This document shows positions 23,501 to 37,400 of a stretch of DNA of 64,000 nt, piece after piece. How positions within the stretch are numbered: position 1 is the stretch's first letter; each line of letters begins with the position of its first letter. Position numbers and translations under genes: made by a program. A model generated the notes under the pieces. That model saw nothing but the letters and a program-made list of their open reading frames with translations. It searched no databases and was not told where the DNA came from. Origin of the DNA: Octopus bimaculoides (taxonomy: Eukaryota); the NCBI RefSeq assembly GCF_001194135.2, contig NC_068982.1, positions 115,162,697 through 115,226,696 on the forward strand, in the 5' to 3' direction.

Positions 23501-26500
23501 TGCACAGGATCCATAAAAACTATAGAGACTCAGGAAATTCTCTCAAATGCCCTGATGGCTCATTAGAGGTAGTAGATAATTTCTGCTACCTAAGGGACCA
23601 AATTAGTAGTGGGGAAGGATGCACAGAGAGTGTAATAGCTAGAATAAGAATAGGATGGAGGAAATTCAGAGAGCTGTTACATCTGTTTGTCATGAAAGGT
23701 TTCTCTCTTCAAATGAAAGGAAGACCATATGATGCATGTATACAAACAGCAATTCTACAGGGTAGTGAGACATGTGCCCTGAATGCAGAGCACATGTGAA
23801 AGTTATAGAGGAATGAGGCTAGTATGCTCAGCTAGATGTGTAATGTAAGTGTACATGTTTGATAGAGTGCTAGTGTATCGAGAGAGAAGTTAGACATAGT
23901 GTACTGAGAAAGAAGTTAGTTGCTGTGTGCAAGAGAGAAGACTGCATTGGTTTGGTCATGTAATGTAGATGGATACTGACAGCTCCCTAAAGAGGTGTCA
24001 ATTTCTCAAAGTAGATGGAACACGTGGAAGTGGGAGACTCAGGAAGACATGGGACTAAGCACTGAAGAATTACCTCAGGACACTGAACCTTGCAGGCTAG
24101 ATGATATGAAGGACTGAGATGCCTGGTGCCCTACTGTACTCAAGAAGACTTGTACTCCACAGCAGAATTGTTAAGACCAGTCTCCCAGGTGGTGAAGATT
24201 GACCTGCAAAAGTCCTGTGCCAGTGCCACATAAAAGTGCCCATGCAATGCCATGTAAAAGCGCCTGTATAGTGCCATATCAAAGCATCCATGTGGTGCCA
24301 CATAAAAGCACCCATGCAATGCCACATAAAGGCACCCAGCACACTGGAGCCTGGTGCAGCTTTCCAGCTCTGGTCAAACCATCCAACCCATGCCAGCATG
24401 GACAATGGATTTTAAATAATGATAAGGATTAATTTAACTATTATTTAATTGACAAATTCTGCACAATTATATAAGGAACTCATTATGAGTGTGTATGTGT
24501 TTACATAATGGTAGTAATCTTGATTTATAGCATAACATGCAATTTTACCTCTAGGTTTACTTCTTTGATATCCATTCAAGTTCGATTAAAAAGAAAACTG
24601 ATATCAAATACAATTTGAAATCATGCACTACAATTCCATGATTAACTGCAGCTGAACGTTAATGAATAACTCATTTTATATAGTGATATTTAATCAAAAT
24701 TTAAATAATTTTCCTGTTCACTGATTTTTTTTTTTAAATTGGTTGGGTAAAAGAGCTATGCCCAAGTCTATGATTAATATTTCTCTTGAACAGTTGTTAT
24801 TTGAGGGCTGCAGGAAAAAAATAGGCACAGATGGAATTTGAAAATGACAATGTTCTGGAGAGGAAGGACTGGGCATAGTTTTTAGTGCAGGCCTGGAGAA
24901 GTGGCAGACAATATGAATGAGGAGACAGGTGAGATGAATAAGCCAAGTACATGAATGGAAGTTGCATGAAACAAACCAGCTTCAAAAAAAGAGGTCAGTG
25001 TAGCAACAGTAGAGCGAAGGAACAGCATGTATGTAGGTTAGATGTTGGAGCATCTTGATGACCAACTTCTTGCTAATCAATTGGGTGGCTCGTTTTATTT
25101 ATTTATTTTTTTTTTTTAATGGAATAGCGTGCCTGTATGTGTAATTTGCAGCAGTGCCCCAGATGCAGGAGCAATGTTCTACATTAGGTCTTATTTGAAC
25201 ATCAAAGTGGGTTAATAATTATTGGGGATAGTCTTTGTGATGCAGTTTTTGCAATGTTGAAGATGTGTGTTGACTAGAAGAGATTTTCAGAATTTTAGTA
25301 GCTTTGAGGGTTCTGGTTGCATGGTGTTTATGTTTAGAGAATGGTACACTATTGTTTTCTTGATATGTATAGTAGTGGTGTCTTTGCACTGTTGAAGGAT
25401 ACATGATAAGCATGGCCTTAAAGGCAGATGTTTAGAAAGTCTTTGTTCATGGAGTCCAAACAGGTTTGACTTCAAGTGGTTTAATAGATGGTTTAATGAG
25501 AATGAAGGGTGGTAACATCTGTGTAGGAGCAGGCATTGTTAGAGGTGACAGCAAGTAACATTATGTATAAAAGGAAGAGTGTGAGGGATGAAAATGAACT
25601 GTGCAGCACATAAAAGTAGATAGAGTGTTGATCATAGAAAACTCCTTTAACATACACCTTAATGGTGTGTTCTGACATGAAACCACCAGTCAGGTATGGG
25701 ATCGATGTAATTGGCTGTTCCCACCTCCCAAATCTATAGCTTTAAGCCTATGTTAGAAACTATGATTATTATTATGATGACAGAATTGGTAACACTCCTA
25801 ACAAAATATCATATAGTATTTAATTACATTAATTTGTAAGGTGTTTAAATTGTGATGGAGTTAACTATTTTTTTTTTTATCACTCTGCAGTCAATAAATT
25901 AACAATGGTCAAATACTGAAATTGATTAAATTCACTATATACCTCCCTCAAAAATGTGTATCATATAAAAATTAGAAATTTTATCATCATCAAAGGTTTT
26001 ACAATTATATTCCACAAATGGGAGGAAAAAAACTTGCACCGGATATACATACTTTTCTACAGGTCCTGAAAAACCCATATTAATTGGAGGAGATGCATCT
26101 GGATATAATGATAAAGCAGCTTCAAATGAGCTAGGAGGGTATGGATTCTCTGTTTCTACTGAAGACAATGGTAATAGTTGAGATAGATCAGGACAGCACT
26201 CAGCCAACTTCTGATTCGCTTCTCCAATTGTTATTGCCCTAAAAATTTCTGGTTCTTGACTATTTCTATTTTGTGACTGAATCTTTTGAAATTTTTGAAA
26301 GATCTCAATTAGAGGCTTCTTCAACATCATAAGCTTACTACTGGGTTGTAGAAGCATAACAATGTAACGATGTGTAGCATCTGAAATATAAGAAAGACGT
26401 GCAAAAACTGAGTATTGAACAGATTTAGAATTCCTGCAAACAGTTGTGTATTAAAAGTGTTACACAGGTGCATGTGTTAAAAGTGTGTGTGTGTGTTGAG

Positions 26501-28418
26501 ATTGTTTTACGTGTGTGTGTAATGAATGTTCTACATGTGTGTTTAGAGTATTACACAGGTGTTTGTATGTGTGTATTAAGTGCTATGCATGTGTATGAGT
26601 AAATAGTGTTAGATAAAGTGTTGTACAAGTATGTGTGTTAAGTGTTACACTGACATGTATGAGTTAATAACATTGCATGGATGTGTGGGGGTTAATAGTG
26701 TTACACAAATGAGCATGTATGTTAACAGTGTTATATAAAATATTAGTGGATAGAAATATAAGAAAATATAGACTTCCAAGAAAATGATTTTCAACCTTCA
26801 TATGAATAATGTAAACTCAGACAATTCAAGAAAATGGGGACTATCTGGCTAAATATTCTGATGCATTAGACATAGAGGAAAGAAAAACTTCATGACTAAC
26901 TGTATTAATTTGTAAAATACCACCTCCCCTATTTGACAATCTACTTTTGGTTTTCTGGATTGTTAAGCTGAACAAACAGCAAATAAATGATCCAATCTTA
27001 TGCAATAGATAATATGTGGCAGTAGTTACAAACCAAACCAATGGAGTAAGAGATGGTGTACTACTGAGCTTCACAATGTATATATTTTAAATTCTGATGA
27101 TTTCTAGAAAAAGGAAAACAGAGTATGAATTTGGATACTATATAGAAATGAATATGATATACCCAGCTTAAAGTGTTTTTACCATGTATAATTTGGCAAA
27201 TTCTTTAGCTCTCCTAATTTACTTTGCAATCTTTTAAAAGCAGACACTAATGCATAAAGTAGAACCAGCTATCTATCTAGGAAGGGAAGTCCTGTGATAT
27301 TCCTTAGGAAAGTCTCATTATACAGAATAGTGCTTTGCTTTAAAGTATGCGGCATGCTAAAACTGATGTAAAGTTTATCTACTAATTGTTTACCAGGCAC
27401 TACAAATATTTCCAAGAAAAATAAAACATAATTCTCCAAGTGTGGCTATTCTCTATTCTTCACACCTTTCAGTACCTAGGTTGTAATACCGGTAATAAAG
27501 CCCACCAAGAGAAGTTTATTACAACATTCTGCAAAAATGCATTCAAAACTGACATATTCTATCCTTTCTCATTGATGTAGTACTTTTAATGTACAATGCC
27601 TAGCTACCCATCTGTATAAGTGAGATCTGAACAGACTTTTTTTTTGTTTTTTTTTTACTCTGATCATAACTGAGGCATTGGTAAACTAACATTAATTGCT
27701 AGGGAAGACAGTGAAAGAGTCGAAAAACTTATGATGATAAAAATAGAAACTAATATGTAATAAAATGTAACAGACTGATATCTGGGTATAATACTATTAA
27801 AGCAATGTATAGATGAACAACTGTTATATCAAAACTTGTAATAGGGACCACACACTGGAATATCTGTAAGGTGTGTTCATGTTAATTTTGATAGTCTTTT
27901 TTTTTATCAGGAATTTTCAAGTTTTTTAAAATATTAACTCATTATATTGGCAGTTCTGAAAGGCAACTGTAATATTTTACTTGTGGAAATAGTATAGTTA
28001 CATTTTAATATCTTTCCAGCTAATTCATTAAAATATATAAAAGAAAGTAGCATAAGCTGGCAAAGAATTTTTAGCTGACTAGAACCCCATCCCTCCTACC
28101 TTCTTTAATCCATCTCAACCATTCCTCCCATCGGCAATCAGCTCAGTCCCTACTGCCTGTTCAAATTACATATCTAAATGACACGCAAAAAAAGTCTCAG
28201 GTATGATTTCTTTGCATGTCATCTTATACAGGATTATATAATGCTTCTGCCTTTCTCAAAGGCATGACTAATTTCAGATAATCTAAGTAGGAATCAATAC
28301 TAAATCTTAAACTCTGTTTACAGTTACCACCATGGCACATAAACCTTCCAAGAGAGCAACTGTTTACAGATGACAGTATGTTTATTGCTCATATGTCACA
28401 GCAAATGTAAGAATAACA

Positions 28419-28451
<33 letters not shown>

Positions 28452-31400
28452 TGTGTGTGTATGTGTGTGTATGTGTGTGTGTGTGTGTGTGTGTGCGTGC
28501 GTGCGTGCGCACAAATATACATATCATACATTTGATTTCAAAATGTAACTACATGTGGGTCGTTGGCGATTTCCCCCCCCCCTTCCTTTCCTATTGGTCT
28601 TTCCACTGTCTCCTGTTTCTGACGGAGAGCTTTGCTTGAAACGTAAAACCACCTTTCTTTCCTTCCCTGAGCGTCTGCTAATACTTTGCATGTACCATGT
28701 CTTCTTGTTGTTTTTTTCTTGATGTGTTTGATCTTCGTTTTTCTTTCTTTTTTTTATTTACTATACCTATCTCATTATCTTTAGTTTTTAACATCCACTT
28801 TCCATGCTCACATGGGTCAGATGGCATTTCGTTGAAGCAGGCAACCCTCATCTGCTTCTGGTAAGGGTAATATTTCTCTATGACCAGGCATGTTTTCATA
28901 GAAGATTAAAAACAAAGGACACCACTCCCATTCATTTACAAATATCATGCAATGTCAAGGCAAGGAGACAGCACTACATACATACACTCATACATTAATA
29001 CACGACAGACTTGTTTTTCATTTTCATCCACCAAATCTACTCACAATGTTTTGGCTGGCTCAGAACTATAGTAGAAGAGGCTTGCACAAGATGCCATGCA
29101 GTGGAACTGAACTCACAACCATGTGGTTGGAAAGCAAACTTCTTACCACATAACCATGCCTACTTTTTTTTGTGTGTGTGTGTGTGTATATATNNNNNNN
29201 NNNNNNNNNNNNNNNNNNNNNNNNNNNNNNNNNNNNNNNNNNNNNNNNNNNNNNNNNNNNNNNNNNNNNNNNNNNNNNNNNNNNNNNNNNNNNNNNNNNN
29301 NNNNNNNNNNNNNNNNNNNNNNNNNNNNNNNNNNNNNNNNNNNNNNNNNNNNNNNNNNNNNNNNNNNNNNNNNNNNNNNNNNNNNNNNNNNNNNNNNNNN
29401 NNNNNNNNNNNTATATATATATATATATATGTATATATAAATATATATGTGTATGTATATATAAAAATAGAGAGAGACAGACAGACAGACAGAGAACTTC
29501 ATATCATAGACACCTATCGCTCACCAAAAAAATGTCAGAAAAGTGGCATTTAAATTACTATGTAAACAGTTATTATCACTAGTGACAGTGGGAAGAAAAC
29601 AGGAATAGAATGTCAAACTTCTGAGTAAGCAAGAGAGAAAAAAATGTTTATATCAGTAGTAAATAAATGAAATCTTAAAAGAGACTTACCAGAACTATTA
29701 GGATCGTAACAAAACTTAGTAAATTTTAAACCAAGTACACTTTCTATTCGAATAGCACAGCTCTGGGTTAAGTGTAAAATAACAACAGGACGCCGATAAA
29801 CAAAATTGTATTCACAGGACTTGAATTCCAAAGGAAAAACTTTAAACTCAGTGGGTTTATCTTCTCCTAAAAAAGCAAATGACACCAGTTAAATAGCACC
29901 ATCTAAATTAACAATAATAATGCTGAGGTCATATACATGAGGGGAGTCTTCTGCACACTAAATACAATATGGTAGGGTTTCACATAAATAATACACTAAG
30001 TTGAAAAACTCCAATCAACTGCAAATATTTAAGCAATTAGTGAATGAAATCTCCCTTTTGCTTTCACCTACTGCTTTAAACTGCAGGCCACTCCAATGTG
30101 CATTGTCTGTATTGTCCAAAAATTACAAAATCATCAATCCAATTAGATTTAGTTTAGAGAGACAACAGGGTAACACCATTTGTAAGAGGGGTTGGGAAGG
30201 TGAAAAGGGAGAGTGAAGTATAGTATCAGAATAAAATAGGAGACACTAAGCTAAGTTAAGAGAAGTTAACCAAATAACTAGCAAAAAGGATATACATAGA
30301 CCACACACCACTAGTAGGTCCTATCTATCTGTTTGTCTATCCATCCATCTACCTATATCTTTCTTAAATCCGTCAAACCTTAAAAAAAAAAAACCTAACT
30401 TTAGAACTTTAAAATTCTATCACTTCATGACTAAGATTTAAAAAAAAAATCCAAGATTCATGGGGAATTCTGAGAATTTTGGGGATTTTAAAAAATAACT
30501 GTGGTAATTTCTGCATTGTTCCAAAAGTCCTTCTTTCTCTTAAAATCTAACCCTATCTCTTAAAATCTAACCTCAGCATTTCATTTCTCAATTGTTACTC
30601 TCTTTTACTTGTTCACTTTCTCCTGTTCATAAGTGCTTTGACTTAGATTAAATTCTCATAGCTTAATGCCCCCTGTTTTATTCTGATACTATACTTCACT
30701 CTCCCCTTTCACCCTCTCCTACTAATGGCATTACCCTGTTGTCTCTCTATACTAGACCACAACTATGTTGCCCGAGATACTCCAACACATGGTCCGATTA
30801 GAGTTACCTCCCTTACTCTGTTTTTAGATTTTAAACAATTGTAAAGATTTTGCTCAATGCTTGCATAATCATATTTGTATTTAGTACGCAGGAGACTTGA
30901 GATATTTTCCTTCGGTCAAAATATTATTCGTAATCAGTGTCATTATACTTCAACTAGATTGAAGTTCTGAAGCTACAACTTAAATTCTTTAGATTACAAA
31001 AAAAAATCTTTTTTTAATTGCGGTGCTCTAGCATGGCCACAGTCAAATTATTGAAATAAGTAAAAGAATAAAAGAATATATCTCAAATTTCATATACAAA
31101 ATTAAAAATATAGACTTACTAGTAAATTTAAATAACATCCAGTCAGAATTTAGCATCACTTCTCGTGGTGAGCTGATATCCACATTACCAATCCGTAAAT
31201 TACGTGTCTGGAAGTGCAGCTGATCAGGATTAAAGGCAGGCTCTAAAGGATCTCCATAAAGAGAGCTTTCATCAGCTTCATCCACTTCCATATTTTGTGC
31301 ACCAACTCTACTGACCACATTACCAAGCTGAAATGAAGAAGCAAAGGACATTTCAGGCAGAGCAAAAACACACTTATATTAATTAATTCCAATTCACATA

Positions 31401-34400
31401 AGATCCAATGTTATAAAAGTTAATAATTTACCAGTTGGTAAAAATTAATCTTACACCAAGATTCATTGATACAGAAATCATTGATAAATCACCTTGAGGA
31501 TTTTTGTTAGAATCCAAACTATCGTGTGAGCTTCTAGTACTGTATATTTAGAGTAGATCTAGGAATACAAACACCTCTACAAATTACAATAAATATCAAT
31601 GATTCAACTTGCAACTGTTTAACAAGTTTTACTCCAAGAAACTGAATGCCTGATCAACAGTAGCATTATTAATGTGACCACTAGATGCCAAGAGTAATCT
31701 ACAAACAATTTGTCAAACTACAGTAAGGAGAATAACACTGGTCATATGATGTCCAGATATATACAATATTGAATACTTGACTATTTGTCCAAAACCTAGC
31801 AGTGCAATGACAATTGTAACAGCAATCTCAACTCTATAGTTGGATAAAATATATGTAGCAGACTCACCTCATCTTCCATCCTATTGCACCGAGACCGATT
31901 AACCATAGACAGGTTGGTAGAAATAGCAGGGAATATGGGCGAGTCAGGGCGATCATTCTCTTCAGGACTATCAGACTTCAAAGAAGAATTTGTGGCATTA
32001 CTGTTGAGTGAGATCCGGGAATTAGGGTCCAATACTTTGGATTGATTCTCTGACGATTCTGCAGCAGCTGGTTCATCATCATCTGATATAGTAACTGTTT
32101 CTGAAAATTAAAATACCATTAAACTATTATGAAGACAGCATATACCACAGAAATATAAGTTTATTATTTCTAACTTCTCATTTACCTTCAAGTACTATGT
32201 CCCTGTATTTAGCCATTTCTATACCAAAGTGGGCATAGCTGGCCAAGAATTCTGTTGACGAATGTTACCACCCCAACTGAAAATGGCCAAAATAACCTAA
32301 TCACATTTAAATGAGAATTTCAGTGCAAATCTCATTATTACACTTGTGCAAAAACATGATTTCACAATGTAAACAATTGAGTTGCATTACTCTTTTACTC
32401 ATTTCAGCCATGCAGCTGCGGTTATATTATTTTAGAAGATATCTGAGAACAGCAAATTTTTGGAGATTTTTTTCCCCTATTTTTCCCCATTTTAATTTTC
32501 TGAAATGTTTCACTCTGGACAAAAACTGGAAACTAGTTTAATGTTGTCATGTAGTAAGTTTGAATTTGAAGTATTTTTTAAAGAAGACAGAAAAATCTAA
32601 GAAAATATATAGCAAACATGAAAACCACGTGTGTGATTATGAATCGAATATTTCTACCTCTGAAAGTGAAACAATTCTGACAACAGTTCCAAAAGCAATG
32701 AATTTGCAGCTGAATATAGTAAGAATTCAAAAACTGCTTTTTCTTAGTTATTTTTAGGAAGATATTATTCATAGCCAGTCTTCCCAAGGAAATGAAATAG
32801 TTTATTTTCTAAATTTTTACTTTCAAGCAATTACTTCAGGAATGAATCATTACACAGAATATACAGAGGTAAAAGAGATAGTAAGAGGTTTCATGCATGC
32901 AAGTGAGTGACTCTGTGTGTGCGTGTAAATCTTTATAAACTCGATATTTCTATTTCCAAAAGTGAAATAATTCTGACAACAGTTCCAGTAGTGATAAAAA
33001 AGATTTAAAAAAAAGAAGAAAAAAAAAATTTTGCACCTGAATATAGTAATAAACTAAAAGCCATTTGTCTTAGTCATTTTAAGGAAGAGTCTTTCCAAGG
33101 AAATAAAACCATTAGATTATTTCTCTAGTTTTTCCTTTGGAGTAATTAATTACTGCAGAAACAAATAGTGAAGCAGAACATAAAGAAGAAACTTAGAAAT
33201 CCAAGCATTTTTGAGAAATATTGTGTGTGCGTGTGTGTGTGTAGATATATTTTTGCAAATTTCCTTCATTTGCATTGTGAATCATTACTGTGTTTTTGTG
33301 TATGCATGTGTATTTCATTTCCTAGTTTTCTTCAAAGACAAATTCCAGTATTTCATTCTGTTTTACCTGTATGGTACACCTGTCTTATGTGTATCTAGGT
33401 CGACAGATAATCCAGTAATTTGCACAGTTCTTCTCTATTAAAATTTTGTTATATATTAAATAACTCATTTTCAATGCTGATGTGTAAACAAAATTTAAAT
33501 AATGTATTTTGTTCAATTTGCCTGTATTTACATGTAATTAGATTTACTTTGAGATGAAAATAAATTAAATAAATTTGGTTAAGAACCTTTTGATTAATTG
33601 TGTTCCAAAAATCACATTAATATGTTGATTAATAAAAGAAAAAAGAGCTGTTTCATGAAACCGGTCTAAATTCAAGATTATTTTAGAATTTAATTGAAAC
33701 ACATAAGGGGGGTGTCTCTCAGAAACATAGTAACAAAAGGGTTAAGGGGCAGACAAAACATTACAAGGTAAAGAAAAGTGAAAGAGAAATCTACCTGGAA
33801 CTGGTGGCTTTATATTGTGAATAGTAATAGATTTCCGTCCACGCACAGCCTGTCGAGACCTTGGATACTGTATTGGTTTTCCAGTTGTAGGAGAGCAATT
33901 TATATTACTTGACAATGATGCTAATGTAGTCTTTAGAGAATCAGTAGCATTGAAACCAGATACACGTTCCATTGGCTTCTTAGGGTAAAATACATTTTTT
34001 TCTATAGCTGAAGTGTGTTCAGATTTCTTCACAGAACATGTAATTAATTTCTTTTTTGACTGTAAAAAACTGATAGCTTTAGGAGTTTCAGTTATTCGTT
34101 TTTTACACCGATCACATTTTTCATGTAATCTACCACGATTGCCACAACTCTTGCAAACTACCATTGCCACCATCTCCTTGGACTGGAACAAGATTAAAAA
34201 ATTTTTTAATAACAAGCTATATTTAAACAGATAATCAAGTAGAAGTTTCAAGTTTAACCTGAACCACATATTGTAAAATATTTCTCAAAATATTCTTGGC
34301 ATTCACCATCATCATTGTTTTTATGTTCACTTTCTCATGCTCGCTATGGTTGAAATGAATCCATGGAGACAGATTTTCTACAGCTGGATACCCTTCCTGC

Positions 34401-37400
34401 TGCCAAACCTCACTTTTTCTAAGTAAAATGATATTTTCCTCTGGCCAGAGCTGTTTTTAAAAAAACTGGAAATGAAGGAAACTGCTTGGATGATGGTGAC
34501 ACTAATTTACAACTATCATGTGATATCAAGACAAAGAAATGCAGATGCACGCACATGAATTCATTTCTATTTACCAAACCCACTCACAAAGAGCAGTGGG
34601 ATTAAACCCAAAACTACATAACTGGGAAATGAACTTCTCAGCCACACAACCATCAATAAAAATCATGAATACATCATGATTAGAACCCTAGCAACTAAAT
34701 TATACATATATTTAATATATTAGAGCAGGTGGGTATGGCTATCAATCCATGAGCTAAGAAATGACTAGTCATTAGCTCATAGTAAATTTTGTTATCTTGG
34801 TACATAATGCTAGAGATGGATCTAGTGAAAACAGAGTTTAGTATGTGAACATAATAAAAGTTAGCAACAAAATCTCTCTCTCTCTTTCTAGGAAAGGTTG
34901 TCTGTAAAAGAAACGGGTGGTGCTGTATGATTGTGAAACATAGGTAATAAATAAAGAGGATATACAATGACTGGCGACAAAAGAGTAAGGTACACAAAGT
35001 ATGAAATGCTAATTTAAAAAGATAAGGCACATAAAAACCAACACTGAAACAAAAATGACAATGCAAATGAATCATAACAGGTTTCATTCAACAAAATGAA
35101 GTTTGCTACAATAGCAATGCACAAATAACCTACATGTAAGACTATAATGTAACTGAAGTGGCATTTTTTTCTTTTCAATGCTGCCAACATGCGAGATCAA
35201 TGAAAGATACCAACTTCTACTCATCTACATTTACAGTGTGCCAGTACAAATAAGTGAACCAAAGGTGAAGCTTTTATGCAACTCCACTATCTGTTAAAAA
35301 TATCACATCTTGCTACCACAGAGAAGGAAGGACATTTTGAACAATGTAGCCCACTGCTTGAAAAATAATGAAAGAAAATGGGCACAACTGGAACACCATC
35401 GATCAAATGTCTCCTGAATCGGAGTTGACTTGAGGCTAAACAACAATAAATTTTATGAGCCAATGAGGAAACCTCTATGTAGCTGTTAAACCTGTTAAAA
35501 ATAGACAAAACTCCTTCAAAGCACACAGTGCTACCTTAAAAAAGGAAGGACACACTAGACAATATAGTCTTGAGTATACAAAATGAGATGGTCATAGTTG
35601 GATTGCCTCAGATCATAAGTCAGTTCAATCAGATTGGTCTGAAGACTAAATAATACCAAGACTTCTTCAATTCAATAAATGCATGAGTGGCTTGTTCTCC
35701 AAGCAGATTTCTAGTAGCTACTTCAGTTCAAATATGGCAACAATATACAACTGCAATGAAACTACAAATGTAGGTTTCCTAAAAAAGAAAAATGTCACTA
35801 CCAGTGACGTTAACAAACAATATATATTTTTGAACAACTGCCCAATCAATATATTTTCTAGTAACAAAATAACTGCACAAGAAAGGAAACAAACAAAATT
35901 TCATTTTAACTTTACTAAGCTCTAATAGTTTCTTGATTCTGCTCGATATTATCATTGTAGCTGATAAGCTTAGCCAGGAAAACTAAAAACTGAATAGTAA
36001 AAGAATTTCTAATTCCTATCTGTTCTGATACTATCAATATATAAGATATTCCCGAATGACCTGACACTTCAACAGTTTTAATCCCATTGCTTACTAACAC
36101 ACCTGAGGTTAAACACAAAGGGGAAAACTGGAGAATAAAGTTGACAACAGATATACTCACAGTCGACAAACTTCCATCCATTGCAACGATTTTAGATGTA
36201 AGCACTTCTTCTACCTGATTTGGCAAAATGCAGTTAACTGTTTTTACTGAAAAATACAAATTTATTTTTAAGTTAAAATATTTGGAACAAAATGGAAACT
36301 ATATATTAAAAACATAATCGCTGTAATTTTTAAGGATAATTTTAAAGATGTCTTTTAAAAACTAGAATAAACCAAAAGAATTTTCATATATAATATGCAC
36401 AATAACTACTGGGAATTGAAAATTTTGAGTAACATAAGATTCAGCTGTTAGCTAAGTAAATAAGTGCATCTTTCCAAAGGAAAAAACTATTAATATTTAT
36501 TACCAGAAGCTTAAGACTGATAATCAGAATAATTAGAAAAGCTTAGAAAATTTACCATTAGAACAATTTTGCACAGTTGATTTTTCTTCTACCTGTGAAA
36601 TTTGAGATATGGAATTTGGAGTTTCAGGTTTAGGGTTGTCTGTTACCAGCTTATTGTTCAATGCTTTCCTGCTAAAAAGATATGAAAATATAGAACTAGT
36701 AGCCTTAGTAGTGAAAAAATAGCTCAATGTACATTAGAAAAGAGTGTCTGGAACATTTATGTTAATGCTAATGAAGGATTAAGACTAACTTGCTATGGTT
36801 ACACATTGCCATGTCTCTTATATAAATTTTTAGAGTAAACTTTTATAATTATCTACCTTTCAGAGACTAAACAACCTTATTATATAACTGTCCTTTAATT
36901 TAATAATCTTTTAGGACTGTTGGGGAGTACACTGACTAATCTTTAAAAATAAATCATGGATTCTATGTTTGCAATATTAAAACATGTTACTGAAACAACC
37001 AAACTAATTAGGTACCAAAAACTACACTTCTCTTTAGGAATCTGAAATTCAGAATTTTATCACCTCAGATAAATTTTAAATTTAATATTTAAATAAGGGA
37101 ATAAAGAAATACCAGAAAACTCAGCTCTGCAATCTTTGATATTATGAGAATATCTTATATACAATACACTAACTAACACATGGAAATCCAACTGAAAATC
37201 AACTCTAAAAGATGTGAGACGACATTCTCACCTTCTTGCAACATTAATATGAGTCTGAGGCCATTTCCTATTGAAAGAGAATGTGGTTTGCTGCAAATTG
37301 GCTTCACATGTTTGTTCTCTGCAAGAAATTGAATAATTTTCAAAAATGAAAATATTCTCTACATAAACAAAACAATCCAAAATCTGAAACACCTGGAAAA

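Noticed and set aside
24225-24344. Regularly spaced short repeats resembling a CRISPR array
   Set aside because: Head-to-tail units without unique spacers, inside a eukaryotic SINE; no cas genes.
26841-27074. ORF with an internal acceptor-like site as a possible extra SENP exon
   Set aside because: The flanking exons need phase 1/1, and that frame hits TAA immediately; the existing exons already join in frame.
29011-29582. Long ORFs of 105-180 aa
   Set aside because: They run through N-gaps and TA/GT repeats.
29760-29790. PVVIL matches the PxVxL HP1-binding motif known from SENP7
   Set aside because: It falls in a predicted beta-strand of the folded pre-catalytic domain and is probably buried; a short motif likely to occur by chance.
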